Part shown: one piece after another, positions 41,029 through 59,025 of the stretch
How the letters are laid out: every line of letters starts with the position of its first letter
Position numbering within the stretch: the first letter of the stretch is position 1
Source of the DNA: the human T2T-CHM13v2.0 reference genome, Homo sapiens
DNA: 64,000 nt
Direction: 5' to 3' (one strand)
Assembly (NCBI RefSeq): GCF_009914755.1
Contig: NC_060936.1
Notes under the pieces: model-generated
Seen by the model: only the letters and a program-made list of their open reading frames with translations
The model's database searches: none
What the model was told of the DNA's origin: nothing
Translations under genes and position numbers: made by a program

Positions 41029-43309
41029 TGATATGGTTTGGCTGTGTCTCTACCCAAATCTCATCTTGAATTCCCATATGTTGTGGGAGGGACTCAGTGG
41101 GAGGTAATTGAATCATAGGGCCAGGTCTTTCCCATGCTGTTCTCATGATAATGAATAAGTCTCACAAGATCTGATGGCTTTATAAGGGGGAGTTTCCTTG
41201 CACAAGTTCTCTCTCTTTGCCTGCCACCATCCACGTAAGATGTGACTTGTTGCTCCTTGCCTTCCACCATGATTGGGAGGCCTCCCTAGTCACTTGGAAC
41301 CATAAGTCCATTAAACCTCTTTCTTTTGTAAATTGCCCAGTTTCATGTATGTCTTTATCAGCAGCGTGAAAATGGATTAATACAGTAAATTGGTACCAGG
41401 AGTGGGGTGCTACTGAAAAGACAGCCAAAAATGTGGAAGTGATTTTGGAACTGGGTAACAGGGAGAAGTTGGAACAGTTTGGAGGGCTCAGAAGAAGACA
41501 GGAAACTGTGGGAAAGTTTGAAATTCCCTAGAGACTTGTTGAATGACTTTGACCAAAAGGCTGATAATGATATGAACAATGAAATCCAGGCTGAAGTGGT
41601 CTCAGATGGAGATGAGAAACTTGTTGGGAACCAGAGCAAAAGTGACTCTTGTTATGTTTTAGCAAACAGACTGGTGGCATTTGCCCCTGCCCTAGAGATC
41701 TGTAGAACTTTGAACTTGAGGGAGATGATTTAGGGTATCTGACAAAGAAATTTCTCAGAAGCAAAGCATTCAAGAGGTGACTTGGGTGCTGTTAAAGGCA
41801 TTCAGTTTTATAAGGGAAACAGAGCACAAAAGTTTGGAAAATTTGCAGCCTGACAATGTGATAGAATAGAAAATCCCATTTTCTGAGGAGAAATTCAAGC
41901 TAGCTGCAGAAATTTGCATAAGTAACAAGGAGCCAAATGTTAATCACCAAGACAATGAGGAAAATGTCTCCAGGGCATGTCAGAGACCTTTGAGGCAGCC
42001 CCTCCGATCACAGGCCCAGAGGTTTAGGAGGATAAAATGGTTTCATGGGCTGGGCCCAGGGTCCCTCTGCTATGTGCAATCTAGGGACTTGGTGCCCTGT
42101 GTCCCAGCTGCTCCAGCTGTGACTAAAAGGGCCAAGGTACAGCTTGGGCTGTTGCTTCAGAGAGTGAAAGCCCCAAGCCTTGGCAGCTTCCATGTGGTGT
42201 TGAGCCTGTGGGTACACAGAAGTCAAGAATTAAGGCTTGGGAACCTCTGCCTAGATTTCAGAGGCTGTATGGAAATGCCCAGATGCCTATGCAAAAGTTT
42301 CCTGCAGGGGCGGGGCCCTCATGGAGAACCTTTGCTAGGGCAGTGCAGAAGGGAAATGTGGGGTCGAGCCCCCACACAATGTCCCTATTGGGGCACCACC
42401 TAGTGGAGCTACGAGAAGAGGGTTACCATCCTCCAAAACCCAGAATGGTAGATCCACCAACAGCTTGCACCATGTGCCTGGGAAAGCTGCAGACACTCAA
42501 CACCAGCCCATGAAAGCAGCCAGGAGTGGGGCTATACCCTGTCAAGCCTCAGCAGCAGAGCTGCCCAAGACCATGGGAACCCCCCTCTGGAATCACCATG
42601 ACCTGGATGTGAGACATAGAGTCAAAGATCATTTTGGAGCTTTAAGATTTGACTGCTCTGCTGGATTTCAGACTTGTATGGGGCCTGTATCCCCTTTGTT
42701 TTGGCCAATTTCTCCCTGTGGAACAGCTGTATTTACACAATGTCTATATCCCCATTGTATCTAAGAAATAACTAACTTGCTTTTGATTTTACAGGCTTAC
42801 AGGTGGAAGTGACTTGCTTTGTCTCAGATGAGATGTTGAACTGTGGACTTTTGAGTTAATGCTGAAATGAGTTAAGATTTTGGGGGACGGTTGGGAAGGC
42901 AATATTGGTTTTGAAATGTGAAGACATGAGATTCGGGAAGGGCCAGGAGTAAAATGATATGTTTTGGCTGTGTCCCCACCCAAATCTTATCTTGAATTCC
43001 CATGTGTTGTGGGAGGGACAAAGTGGGAGGTAATTGAAACATGGGGGCAGGTCTTTCCTGTGCTTGTGAGAGTCAATAAGTCTCACGAGATCTGATGGTT
43101 TTATAAAGGGGAGTTTCCCTGCACAAGACAGTTCTCTCTCTTTGCCTGCCATCATTCACATAAGATGTGACTTGCTCTGCCTTGTCTTCTGCCATGATTG
43201 TAAGGCCTCCCCAGCCACTCAGAACTGTAAGTCCATTAAACCTCTTTCTTTTGTAAATTGCCCAGTCTCAGGTATGTCTTTATCAGCAGCATAAAAACGG
43301 ACTAATACA
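41029..43309 (+). mobile_element. Full THE1 (MaLR, THE1B-like) element: LTR 41029-41384, internal region, LTR 42955-43309
   Basis: TGATATG...AATACA LTRs of about 355 bp; 5-bp TSD ccact at 41024-41028 and 43310-43314. Confidence 0.95.
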
Positions 43310-43896
43310 CCACTCCTCTTAGAGATTATGATGATTATAAACCCCATAGATTATGACTTCAGATATCAGCTTCAATCAAGGAAATGCTTCCCAGGAGATA
43401 CTAACATACAGCTGGGGTTGAGAAGTACTAAGATAGATTATTCATCAAATGGAATTTAGGCAATGGACTACTTGTTTGATAACAAAAATTATATTTTTGA
43501 TTCACCTGTACACAAAATAAATTTTGGGAAAAAAGCTAGATGCTTTAAGAGACATAAAAAACTTAACATTATAAATTATATTGGGTTTGTGATAACTTCC
43601 TAAGCTTAAACAAAAAACTTTCTACCAACAGAAAAAAAAATCACAATGGAAACATCAATCAATAAACAAATAAAAACATAGTACTTTTATAGTAATGAGA
43701 AAACCACTAATATGCCAATAAATAAATAGTCAAAAACGTGAAAAACAAAAGTAAATGAGTTCACTGAAACAAAATGTTTAACAAATATGGAAGCATGGTG
43801 AACTAAGATGAAAGATTTTTATCTTAACTAGTAATTTTAAAAATACTTTAAAATAAAACAAGATACATTTTTTGCCAATCCATTTAAGACAAAATA

Positions 43897-44151
43897 TTAT
43901 TTATTTATTTATTTATTTATTTTTAAATTTTTTGAGCTGGGGTCTCACTCTGTTGTCCAGGCTAGAGTGCAGTGATGTGATCTTGGCTCACTGCAGACTT
44001 GATCTCCCGGGTGGCTAATTTTTAATTTTTTTGTAAAGATGGGGCCTTGCCATGTTGCCCAGGCTGATGTAAAATTCCTGGCTTTGAGTGATCCTCCCAC
44101 CCTCAGCCTCCCAAAGTGCTGAGGTTATAAGTGTGAGCCACCACACCCAGC
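43897..44151 (-). mobile_element. AluJ-type element with internal deletion and (TTTA)n tail
   Basis: Alu text missing part of the right arm. Confidence 0.85.
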
Positions 44152-45116
44152 AGAAAAGAAGATTTGAAAACTAATGTTTATTCCCTAAATAGTTTTATTT
44201 AAAAATGACTCTTGTAAGACTGACAAGGAATCTGAATGTCTACATTTATGAAAAATAACTTGGCACTATGAAAATTGAGAGCCTGAATGGCATTCATAAT
44301 TTTGACTCTGTAATTTCTCTCCCAAATGTCAATTATATGTATGTTTTTTAAAAATGGAAGATGTTTCTGAACACACAAGAAAATCTGTGACCCTTATTTA
44401 ATTTTTTTGAAAATATAAATAGGGATTTGCTTCAAAATATAATTCATGGACTTGAAGGAGGAGAAATAGGTGGAGATGTAAATAAAAAAAAATCAACCAT
44501 GTGTTCAAAATTGCCAAATTCAGGGGATATACATGGGAAGTCATTGTACTATTTTTGCTGCTTTTGTACATATTTGAAATTTTCTGGAAAAAAATTAAAA
44601 ATAGAAAAAATAACTAATTTTCATCAAAAGGAGGGATGTTTCAAATTATTTTTATACAGTTGGACCATGGAATACTACACATTTATTAAATTTACGTTCA
44701 CAAAAATGTTTAATAAACAGCAATTTGTAATGTTAGTGGGTTAAGTAAAAAGGCACATTTTAATGAGGTATATATGGCAAGAGTACAATGAAATTGACTG
44801 GGAAAAACACCTGTGTAGGGGAAGCCCAAAGAAAAATATATTAGAATGTTACAGCAACAGTGATGATGGTTACTATTAATAATTTTTTCCTCTATTTTCT
44901 ATTTTCCAAATGGAATGAATTAAGCCTTAGTTATTTTATAATAAGAACATGCAAAGGAAGAAAGGCTACAAGGCAGAAAAGTTTGATAGCAGAAATACAA
45001 AAGAAAATTGGCTGATGGTAACAAAAAAAGACCAAGAGGGAAAACAATCTTCCTAAAGAACTAGTGTTTAGAATTAAAGACAAAGTACAACCGTTAAATC
45101 AAGATTAATGGCTTCA

Positions 45117-45405
45117 GGCCGGGAGCGGTGGTTCACGCCGGTAATCCCAGCACTTTGGGAGGTTGAGGCGGGCGGATCGCGAGGTCAGGAGATCGAGACC
45201 ATCCTGGCTAACATGGTGAAACCCCGTCTCTACTAAAAAATACAAAAAAATTAGCCAGGCGTGGTGGCGGGCGCCTGTAGTCCCAGCTACTCGGGAGGCA
45301 GAGGCAGGAGAATGGCGTCAACCCAAGGCGGAGCTTGCAGTGAGCCGAGATCGCACCACTGCACTCCAGCCTGGGCAACTGAGGGAGAGAGAGAGACTCT
45401 GTCTC

Positions 45406-45433
<28 letters not shown>
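45117..45433 (+). mobile_element. AluY-type element
   Basis: CpG-rich Alu, long A-tail. Confidence 0.93.
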
Positions 45434-45437
<4 letters not shown>

Positions 45438-46003
45438 GAGTTTAACAAGCTTCATTGTTGCTTGCTAAAGGCATTATCTTGCCGACCTGGGAGAAAGCCA
45501 AGTTGGGACTCCCAGGAACAAAGTTAATGTATCATCTCCATCCAACTGTAGTAAAGGAGAAAGAATAAAAGAACCAGTGTCAGAGTTAGGGGTGGATTTA
45601 TCTTAATCTATTGAAGCCTTGGTTTACTAACCTATACAGCTGAGATAATTCTGCCTGCTTACATCAGAGGATTCTAGTGAGAATTAATAAGAAAGTAAAA
45701 TTGTTCTTCAGTGATAGTAGCTAAAAGTGCCTCTTCTAGCAAGAATTTATTTGTATAACATAATTACTTTTCAAATCAGTGGTTCCAACTTTGTGCTCCT
45801 GATCAAGCTTCCCTTTTTGATTACTACTGCCCCACCCCAGTGGTCTGAAGAGAGTGTGGCTTTCCTTCAACGCATTAGCATAAATGTAGCTAAAATTCCT
45901 TTCTTCTTAGCACAGACACAATAAAATGAGAGTTGCCCAAAGACTTGCTAAATGTTAAGTAAATTTGGGAAACCAATTCAGTGAACTGAAAGTGCAGGAG
46001 CAG

Positions 46004-46396
<393 letters not shown>

Positions 46397-47269
46397 CTAC
46401 TGCAGCTAGCTTGTTATCTTAAGAGGACCACGCTGGAGCCCAACAGCCTCCTGCCTTGGTCCTGCACTTTTCCTGCTCTAAACTTGTATGCATGAGCGAA
46501 ATGCTGGGCTCACTCACTTCTTTCCTTATGGTCTTTTATATCTGCCATGATAAAGGCATATTTATTATTCAGACTCCTAGGTTTCAGCTCAGTTTCCAGT
46601 TTTCTTACAAGTCTCAGAAGCATAGCCCAGCCCGTTTCTGAAATCCAGTATACCCACCTCTCCTACTGTTATAATTAGTTTTGTACTCTTAAGCAAATTA
46701 CTTAATCTCTCCTAATGCTCAGTTTTCTCATCTGTAAATTGGGTTTGCAATATTATCTAACACAAAGAGCCATTGTAATAATTAAACAATTTTACATGAT
46801 AATGCACTTAGAACAACACCTAGTACATAGTAAGCAGTAGCTGTTACTAATTATTCCTATGATAGCTATAATAATAAGAATATTCCTATAATAATTACTA
46901 TATCATTATTATAATTCCTCAAATTATGACATTGTTGAACGACCTCACCTTGTGGGTAAGAACTTCATTCTATGTAACATCAATATGATAACATAATACC
47001 ACTCGCATTTCTGTATATTCCACAGGAATAAGATAATTATTTCCTGACACCTGACTTTACAGAAAATCTTACTTATGCTTCAGTACAGTTTTCTTACCAT
47101 CCTTCTGCAATGTATCTACTTTTTTAAGTCTTAAATTGTCAACTGTTCTATTCTTTTTTTTGTAAATTGCTTCATAGTTTTCAAATTTAAAAGGTCATAG
47201 GCATATTAAAGTGGATGCAGCAGATTTTGTACTATTCTTTTCCTAGGCTCTAACAACGAAGACTTAAGC

Positions 47270-47430
47270 CAGTGGTTCTACTTGAGGAGCTTTTTAAAAA
47301 TCCCATTGTCTGAGATGTATCTCAAACCAATTAAATCAGAATCAGACTCTGGGAATAGGAACCAGGTATTGAGATTTATGTAAAACTCCTAAGATAATTC
47401 CAATATGCAGCCAAGTTTGGGAACCCCGCC
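47270..47430. mobile_element. MER5A-like hAT-Charlie element
   Basis: cagtggttct...aatcaga...gattc...aatatgcagccaagtttgggaacc. Confidence 0.7.
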
Positions 47431-48273
47431 TTAAACTCTTGTTATCTCCTTTTCTTAATTAATCCGGAGAAAATTCACCAGACTCTAATTTATTAGATAA
47501 GATTCTACATTGGCAGCCACTATTCTAGTTCTCTCTCTCTCTCACACACATTCTTTCTCTCCCCCTCCTCCCTTCATTCATTTCTCCCTCATTTGCATGT
47601 AATCTTCAGCAAGTTAGATCACTTCCCTGGGTTTTAATTCCTAATCTGTAAAATAACGGGTCATAGTCTTGCGCAATGTAATCAGAGATGTTTTGACAGC
47701 ACAAATGAGATAAAACATATGAAAGTACTTTAAAGTTTTAGAATACAAGTATTTCAGAAATCCAAGGAAGAATTATCATATTCCCCACATCCTTCCCTCT
47801 CCTGTCATGTAGACAGGCGCAAGGCCATCTCTTCTGAAGTACCCTTGCTTCCTGAAGTAAAGCTTTTCTATGCTGAATAACTTGAGGATCTGTTAAATCC
47901 TTCAGGCTTTGGTATTTCTTTCACAGACTTTCAAGCCAACTTTACTCAAGGCCGTATCATTTGTTGACCACACTTTTTATCTTGTCTTAGATCACTACTT
48001 ATAGTTCTTAGAAAGAAAAATGGTTAACGAGTCTAAGGAGAGGTAATATGAGATGCACTCTGGAAAAAAATCTAAGATAAATGAACTTTAGAATAATGCT
48101 ATATTTGCACCAATATAGTCTCCAGTACGATGAGGTCCTGACAGTAATCTTCACTTTGGCTTCAACTTCCCTCCGCTCTGAAATTCATCTTGTTTTCCTC
48201 ACCTAAATTATTTCTCAATGGAAAGTTCTAGGAGAAATGCTTGGTGAAAAGGAAGAAACTTCTCCTGAAATAG

Positions 48274-48637
<364 letters not shown>

Positions 48638-51261
48638 CCAATTAACATACCTTTTCTAGAGAGTTGCATGTAAAGTATTTGAGATGTATAACAATCAGTA
48701 CAAATACAAGATCTTATGATTATTTATTGATACCTCATGAGGAGTACCCAAGAAAGTAGAACTATAATGAAACTAAGATATATAAAATATATTTACATAT
48801 GAGAATTCAGAAGTGTAAAACCTGAGAAAAGGTGGATAAGAGTTTTTCTCTATCATTTTAAGCAAGAAATTTAATACCTTATATCATTTCCTCAAAATCC
48901 AGTCCTTCCAGTCCCTTTAGTACAATCTGTACATCCTGTATGTTGACAGAAAGAGTCAGAGCTACAGGAACATCAAGAAGTGTAGATGTGCTCCGACTGA
49001 TACAGAAAGCAGTTTAAAGCAAAGGTATATGAATATTGCTAGCAATACCTGCTACCCTCATGGATTCTTGACTTGTCCTGGGAACAAAAACGTGGCACTG
49101 CATTAATGTTTAAAGACTGGCCTTGTTGGAGGCATTTGAACCAGAGCAGCTCCGTCTTGAACAGGGGCTTGGTAAAACAAGGTTGAGGTCTACTAGGTTG
49201 CATTCCCAGGAGGTTAGGCATTCTTAGTTATAGGATGAAATAGGAGGTCAACACAAGATACAGGTCACAATGGCCTTGTTGATAAAACAGAATGAAGTAA
49301 AGAAGCCAGCCAAAACCCACCTAAACCAAGATGGCCATGAAAGTGACCTCTGGTCATCCTCACTGCTCATTATACACTAATTATAATGCATTAGCATGCT
49401 AAGAGACACTCCCACCAGTGTCCTGACAGTTTACAAATGCCACAGAAACATCTGTAAGTTACCCTATGTGGTCTAAAAAAGGGTGGAACCTTCACTTCCC
49501 AACCCTTTCCCAGAAAACTCATGAATAATCTACCCCTTGTTTAGCATATAATCAAGAAATAACTAAGTATACTCAGTCAAGTAGCCCACACTGCTGCTCT
49601 GCCTGTGGAGTAGCCATTCCTTTTTTCCTTTACTTTCTTAGTAAATGTGCTTTCACTTTACTCTATGGAGTCACCCTGAATTATTTCTTTAGCAATATCC
49701 AAGAACCCTCTCTTGGGGTCTGGATTGGGACCCCTTTCCAATAACATCTTCCTGGAAACCATGAAGGGACTATACTGAGGAGAATCCTATGGACCCAAAG
49801 GAAATAGACCACAGCACTGCCAATTGGCAGACTTTAGGTAAGGGGCGGGGTATGTTTTGCCCAGGTAAAGGATCAGATTGGGTTAGAGGTCCAACTTAGG
49901 AGAGTCTCTCCTAAGACAGAGAGGGTTAAGGCCCCTCCTAATAAAAGGCAAGGATGCTTAATGAAACTTGAGTTTGAGGCCCAATTTAGAAAGGTTAGAG
50001 TCCTTCCTAAGATTTAGGGATTAGAGGCCCCTCTCAGTAAAGTCCTTCTTGGTTAAAAGTGGATTTGACACTATGGGATGTTAACTGCTATTCTCTTTGG
50101 ATTAATCTGCCTTGCACTCTTTGCTGACAGATATGGATGACAGGAATAGGCATGTACAGGATCACCAGACACGGGGAGCTTTTTTCTCCCCAAAGTGGGA
50201 AACTTGAGAGCTGACTGGACTGCTAGAAAAGATCCTTCACTACCTAGTCTCTCTGAGCTCCTTGCCTTCCCCACCCCACTGTAGGCAACACTTTTATCCC
50301 TTCCCTTTCCTCCCTCTCTGTACAAACCAGTTGTAGGAATGGTAGAAATCACTCTCTTGCAACGTTTTAATTAATGAATAAAAGGATTCATGAGGCTAGT
50401 CTTAATGCTGTAGTGAATCTGGTGTATTTTGTGCTTTGAATTTGTCTTTCTGTGTTATTCTGTCATAAAGGGGAGGTACCTTGGGATAGAACACAGGCTT
50501 GGGACTCCATAAGCTAGATAGGGTTTCTCTCTCATTTTGTTTTATATCCTTGGGAGCTTGACCTTGTAACCATGTGGCAGTACTTTCTCTTAGTTTCTGC
50601 CATCCAGAAGACAGCAATTTTGGAGTTTATGACAAAGTTAGCTCTAAAAATTGTTTTGAGCAGTTAAAAGCCTTCATTGGCTCAAAATTGTCTGCTCCAG
50701 GCTCTTCCTGAGAAGGCAATGGAAACTTCCCAATGCTGTAGCTTAGTAGCTAAGGCTTTGCCTTTTCACAATGGCATCCCTGGTTCAGCGTTCAATTTCT
50801 GGTTTAGGGAATGAGTACTTTCAGGTTGATATTGGTGTGATCTTTGCCATTTGTTGATTTTATCCCCTCCCCCCATGAACAACTTCTATCTTCCCTTCTT
50901 GAATCTTCCTTTCTCTGAGGCACCTTGTAGACTCTAAATCTTGTAAAAACTGCTAATCATCTCTTTTAAAATACTGGTACACTTGTGATTAAGTCATAAC
51001 CTTAGTGAAAGCTTACTGGTTTCATCTGGGAGGTTACCTTTGGTAAAGCTTAAAAGCCAGAAAAATGGATTGTGTGGCCTGGCTGAAGTCAGGTAATAAG
51101 AGATTTAAAAGCATTTTTGAAGTGCTATGGTTAAAAGTCAGCTTTAATTAAAAGAAGATATATGAGCTATACGTATATTTAAAAGGTTTTTATGTTTTTT
51201 CTCTTCTTGGATCTTATTTCTCTGAGGAAAAAGTTTTTTTCTTCTCAGTTGACTAAATTGT

Positions 51262-51630
51262 TGATAGGGTTTGGCTATGTCCCCACCCAAATCTCATCTT
51301 GTAGCTCCCATAATTCCCATGTGTTGTGGAAGGGACACAGTGGGAAATAACTGAATTATGGGGGCAGATCTTCACCATGCTGTTCTTGTGATACTGAATA
51401 AGTCTCGTGAGACCTGATAGTTTTAAAAGTGGGAGTTTCCCTGCACAAGCTCTCTCTCTTTGCCTGTCGCCCACAGGCAAAAGACATGGCTTTCTCCTCC
51501 TTTTTGCCTCCCACAATGATTGTGAGGCCTCCCCAGCCACGTGGAATTGTAAGTCCATTAAAGCTTTTCTTTTGTAAATTGTCCAGTCTCAGGTATGTCT
51601 TTATCAGCAGCATGAAAATGGATGAATACA
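51262..51630 (+). mobile_element. THE1B-like solo LTR nested in the MER41 internal region
   Basis: TGATA...AATACA; TSD attgt at 51257-51261 and 51957-51961. Confidence 0.9.
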
Positions 51631-52096
<466 letters not shown>

Positions 52097-55000
52097 TTAT
52101 GAAACCACTAGAATTGAAAGGGGATAAATAAATCCCTCTCAAAATCTAATGCTTTGTTTCATTTTGTATTGTGTTATCTGACAGTTTTGACTTTTGTGGG
52201 TATCAGAAATTACTTCTTATTATGAGAGAGCTTTGGTTTGTAATAACTAGGTAGGAAACATACTTTTAGGGATGGCTAATGGAAGTTATGGGGGATACTT
52301 AACTCTTTGCATGTTTGGATCAGAGAAGCATACTCTTGACCACCTGGAAGATACGGAAGTGTCCCCATTGCCACACTGAGAGATAAGAGTTCCATAGGAG
52401 GTGGGCTGATTTCCTCTTTTTTGGGATCCAAGATCTGGTATAAAAATGGGACCCTTAAATTTTTGAAATCTGTTTTGCCTTCCAGCTGTGCCTGCCTATT
52501 AGGCTCTAGAAATTGCATGCTTTCCTGGCCCTGTTCCTCAAAGGGCTCCTCCCTGAAGCCAGTAATTCAATTAAGAAACTTAAAAATTGGCAAATGAAAA
52601 ATCTTACAACTACTGGATCTTCTGTCTGTTGTGTATTCATATGTGTTGTATGTGTAACATTTATATATGAAAGAGCTCTGATTAATTGGTTTAAAAATAA
52701 TAAGCACTTAAATATTTTGTCAGAAAAATAAAAACTGTAATGCTTTTTAGTTCATGTGACTTTAGGAAGCTTTGGGAAATAAAGACAGTTTTAAAGATTA
52801 TTGGTAAAATAAAAATGTCTTCCAAATTTAGACATTTGGTCTAAATTAGGCAGATCAGATAATTAGATTTGCTAAATACTTTAAGGTCATAAACTGCTTA
52901 TTTGACTTTTGAAAATTGTTTGGTATACCTGCTTTAGAGCCATTAGATTCTAGATAAGTCCTGGGGATATGTAGAATTAGACATGCCCCCTGGCAATGCT
53001 GGAAAGAATCAGACCTTATCTTGCACTTCTCTCTGGTGTCCTAGGCTTCACACCTAGTACCTAATTAAAATCACTTACTTACCAGGTTTTGCACCAAAAA
53101 TAAAAGTTGCTAAGAGTTAACATTGTAACATATAATTGAGACTACTGGAAAAACAGTTTTAACATGCAAGGTGTGTAAGGAAAGTGAAATGTGTTTTTGG
53201 TAAAAGATTATAAGAAGGCATGGGAATGTGAATTTTTTTTAGCCTAGTTTAGAAGGCTAAGGGGTTCTAAGTTAAGTTATCCTCACTTAAAAGTTAGGAT
53301 GAAGCTGAAAATTTGAGCAAATTGTGGAAGATTTGTGAAAAATTAATCTTGTGAAGGAAATTCTGTGTGAACATATCGGCTAAAGTTAAAGGGGTCTTAT
53401 TCAGTTTTTCTGTAAATTGAACATTGGAATAAAAGCACAACAGGGTGTTCTCAGAGCAGTGATCTGCTCCTTAACAAAAATTTGTAAAGAGTTTAAAAAG
53501 GTTTATGGGAATCTTACCTCTTGGTCTAACTGCTTACGATTGAATAGATTTGTCTATAATGTTTTATTAAGAATTGGGATTGACATTAACAGTACACTGT
53601 AAAATCTGGCTTTCTCTCTTGAATAAGATTTTTGTGTAATATTTTTAAAAACGAAATTTTGTTTGCCTTTTGAATAAACTATAAGAAAAAGAAAGGAAGG
53701 AAAAGAGACATTGTGTGGAAAGCTGTCTTCCCTCTATTAATGAGTAAAGTTTTTTGTCTTTTTAAAATTTTTGAGTTATCGTTTTGGCTAAATGAATGAC
53801 TTACGGTGACCTGAGATTCTATGTTTCTAATGATCAAGTGGTTAAACCTTCAATATTTGACAAACTTTCCAAAATCAAATGGTAAATTATGTCCTTTTCT
53901 GACCTAATTAATCTTTTCATATTAGGTCCCCTAAAGTCCAGAAGAGACATATTTGGCTTAATGTGGTATAAAAATCTGTAGAAATCATACAGGAAGCATT
54001 ATAAAATATAAAATTGTGTTTGGATTTCTTTGGGCTGTATTTGAATAAATATGTTCTTGGTTATGTGTCCCAAAATTATGGGAAACTCCTATAATTCTAA
54101 TATGACTTAGTATGTTATTAGTAATTATAATTGTTACATAACATTATTGTGTGCCACAGAGGTAACCATATTTCCTTGTCAATCATGTCTGACTGTGGCT
54201 GCCCTAAGACTTTCTGTCATTCACAGACAACTGTTGTCTTGTTTTGATCCTCTTTTAAAGGTGCCTTATAGTCAGTAACAGGATTTGACAGGTGCTCTTG
54301 AATGCAGGTTTCTGATAACTTTGGAGATTGTGACATTAGGATAGAGGCGAAAACTTTCATGATTCTCACGGAGAGCTGAAATATTCATGAATATCAAACA
54401 GAACAGGAGTTAACTGCATGGACTGAACTAATGAAAGACTGAAATAATCCTTTTATGACTTTTTGCTTAAAACATTGCTAATTCTTTGCTTTGTTTTTCA
54501 GAGTCAAGAACATTTTTGAGTTATCTGTAGCTTGTGGCAATACTCCTGTAAACAAAATTTTAGAGCATATTTCTCTCTATCTGATTTCTCCAGAATTTGG
54601 AAACTATTTGTGAGTATGCTTAACTTACGGAATATAGTTATTTGCATAATTGCAAAAAGAATGCTTTCTTTTGCAACAGGACACAACTGGATAAACTGTT
54701 TTTATTACCAAGTCTTTGACTGAAATAGAGTGCTTTCCTTTGAGGAATCAAACTTGACTTACAGAGTCAATAAAAGCTCCTTAGGAAAACTGGCCTCATA
54801 CCTTGTCTATGTAGTCCCTGTACAGGGTTCCTGTAAGTGAAGAATGTCATTTTCTGATGGGCCCAGGAGCCCCAAGTTATCTTGGGACCTCAAGAGGAGG
54901 AGAATTTATCCAACTCCTAGGTATTTTATGGTACAAAACCATGGCTGAGCTCAAGGAGTTTTTTAAAAGTCTTATCTGAAATTACTTATGGAATAAAGTT

Positions 55001-56689
55001 TCATCAGAGCTAATTTAAAAAGAACCTATGTGAAAAATAATTATTCTTGCTGAACTTCATATAAATAATCAGGCCAAGTATAATAGTAAAGCTTATTTTT
55101 GCAAACAAATCAGTTATATTATGATTTGTCTTTAGTAAAAATGAGGAGATAGAAAAATTGTGTTTCAAGAACTATGGTACACCTGTTGTTAGATTCTAGT
55201 CCCATCAGTTTTTAGTTTTTTTCTGCAATTTAGACTGACCCTGCTTATTCCTGTAAATCAACCAGTGATCTCTGACTGCAGCTCAGAAGAAACAAGATGG
55301 ATGGGTAATATAAAAATCTGGATCAGTATTCTAATTCTGGGCAAGTACTGGAATCAGTTAGTGACCACATATCATCTTGGTTCTAACAGTTGCCCACTTC
55401 ACAAAAAGCCTTGTTAGTTTACTTAGGATAGTTTTGCTTATTTTGCTCTACTCTTGCAGAATATATTGCTTTGTACCCTTTGTGTAGGAATGCAGTATAA
55501 GCTTACTGAATGTTTTCTTAAATTGAACACTTATTAATCTTCCAGATATTACCTTTTGTGGGAAATCAAGAGTTATGAATGGCCCTCTCCATACTGATAC
55601 TTTCTGACCAAGCTTCTCTCTACCCTGAATACAAAAGACACTAATAGTTAGGTATCAATATCATTGCCACTATTCAGCTAGAAGAAGTTACAGAAGATGG
55701 ATCGTCATCCCTCTACAACCCTTAGGATTAAGGGTCCCCTTATAAAGGGGAGGAGGAATGTGGCAAAGAAGCAACCCAAAACCCACCTAAACCAAGATGG
55801 CCACAAAAGTGACCTCTGGTCGTCCTCATTGCTCATTATACACTAATTATAATGTATTAGCGTGCTAAGAGACACTGCCACCAGTGTCATGACAGTTTAC
55901 AAATGCCATGGCAACATCAGGAAGTTACCCTATATGGTCTAAAAAGAGGAGAAACCCTCCGTTCTGGGATTTGCCCATCCCTTTCCCTGAAAACTCATGA
56001 ACAGTCCACTGCTTGTTTAGCATATAATCAATAAATAACTATAAATATACTCAGTCAAGTAGCCCACACCGCTGCTCTGCCTATTCCTTTCTTAGTAAGC
56101 TTACTTTCACTCTACTCTATGGACTAGCCCTGAATTCTTTCTTGAGTGAAGTCCAAGAACCCTCTGCTGGGGGTCTGAATTGGGACCCCTTTCTGGTAAC
56201 AGTCTGACCTTTACTTTTTGAAATGAAATAATAAAAACGTCTCAAGAAAAAAGTAATCTTCAAATCAGAACAGGAGGAGAAACATCATGAGTTTACGATC
56301 AAAATTCCAGAGGAAAATCCTGAAAAGTTTTTGCCTAATTTTTATTTACATTAAACAACAAATATATATTAAGTGCTGTTAACCATTCCTTGCTACTCCT
56401 CCATATGTCCCCTCTAACATAATTTTGGGCCTTTTCCCAGGACCCAAGTAAGATGGCAAAATTTAGATGTTATATTCTTGATCCGTGTCATCTCTTCCTC
56501 CTCTTGCACAAAACCCAGACTCTTCACACATCTGCATGGAGCACAGTCCAGCCAATAAACCAAGTGAAGCAATCTGCTTTGGAATCCACCCTGCTCTGCT
56601 ATTCCTTAACTGATATTTGTCTTTAACACAAACTTCCTTGATACTGGTTTTGATTCCCACTATTACCTAGTACAGTTTATGGCACCGGT

Positions 56690-56890
56690 TATAACAGCAA
56701 ACATTTATATAGTGGTAGTCATGTGTTAGGCACTCTTCCAAGCACTTCACAAATATTTAGTCATTTAATTCTACCAGATGACGAAACTGGGGCACAGAGA
56801 GAGGTTAAGTAAGTTGCTCCAGATCACACAGCTAGTAAGCAGTGAAGATGGATTCCAACCCAGATCATTTGGCTTAAAAATCTGTCCTAT
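56690..56890 (-). mobile_element. MIR
   Basis: cagatgacgaaactggggcacagagagaggttaagtaagttgc. Confidence 0.75.
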
Positions 56891-56961
56891 ACTGTTTGTC
56901 CAGTAAATTCTCAAAAACTAGTATTTTTTTGCAAAATTAGAATTACCTTTAATATTACTTG

Positions 56962-59025
<2,064 letters not shown>

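Noticed and set aside
41358-43155. Cluster of 60-137 aa ORFs
   Set aside because: Fragments of the decayed THE1 internal region and LTRs
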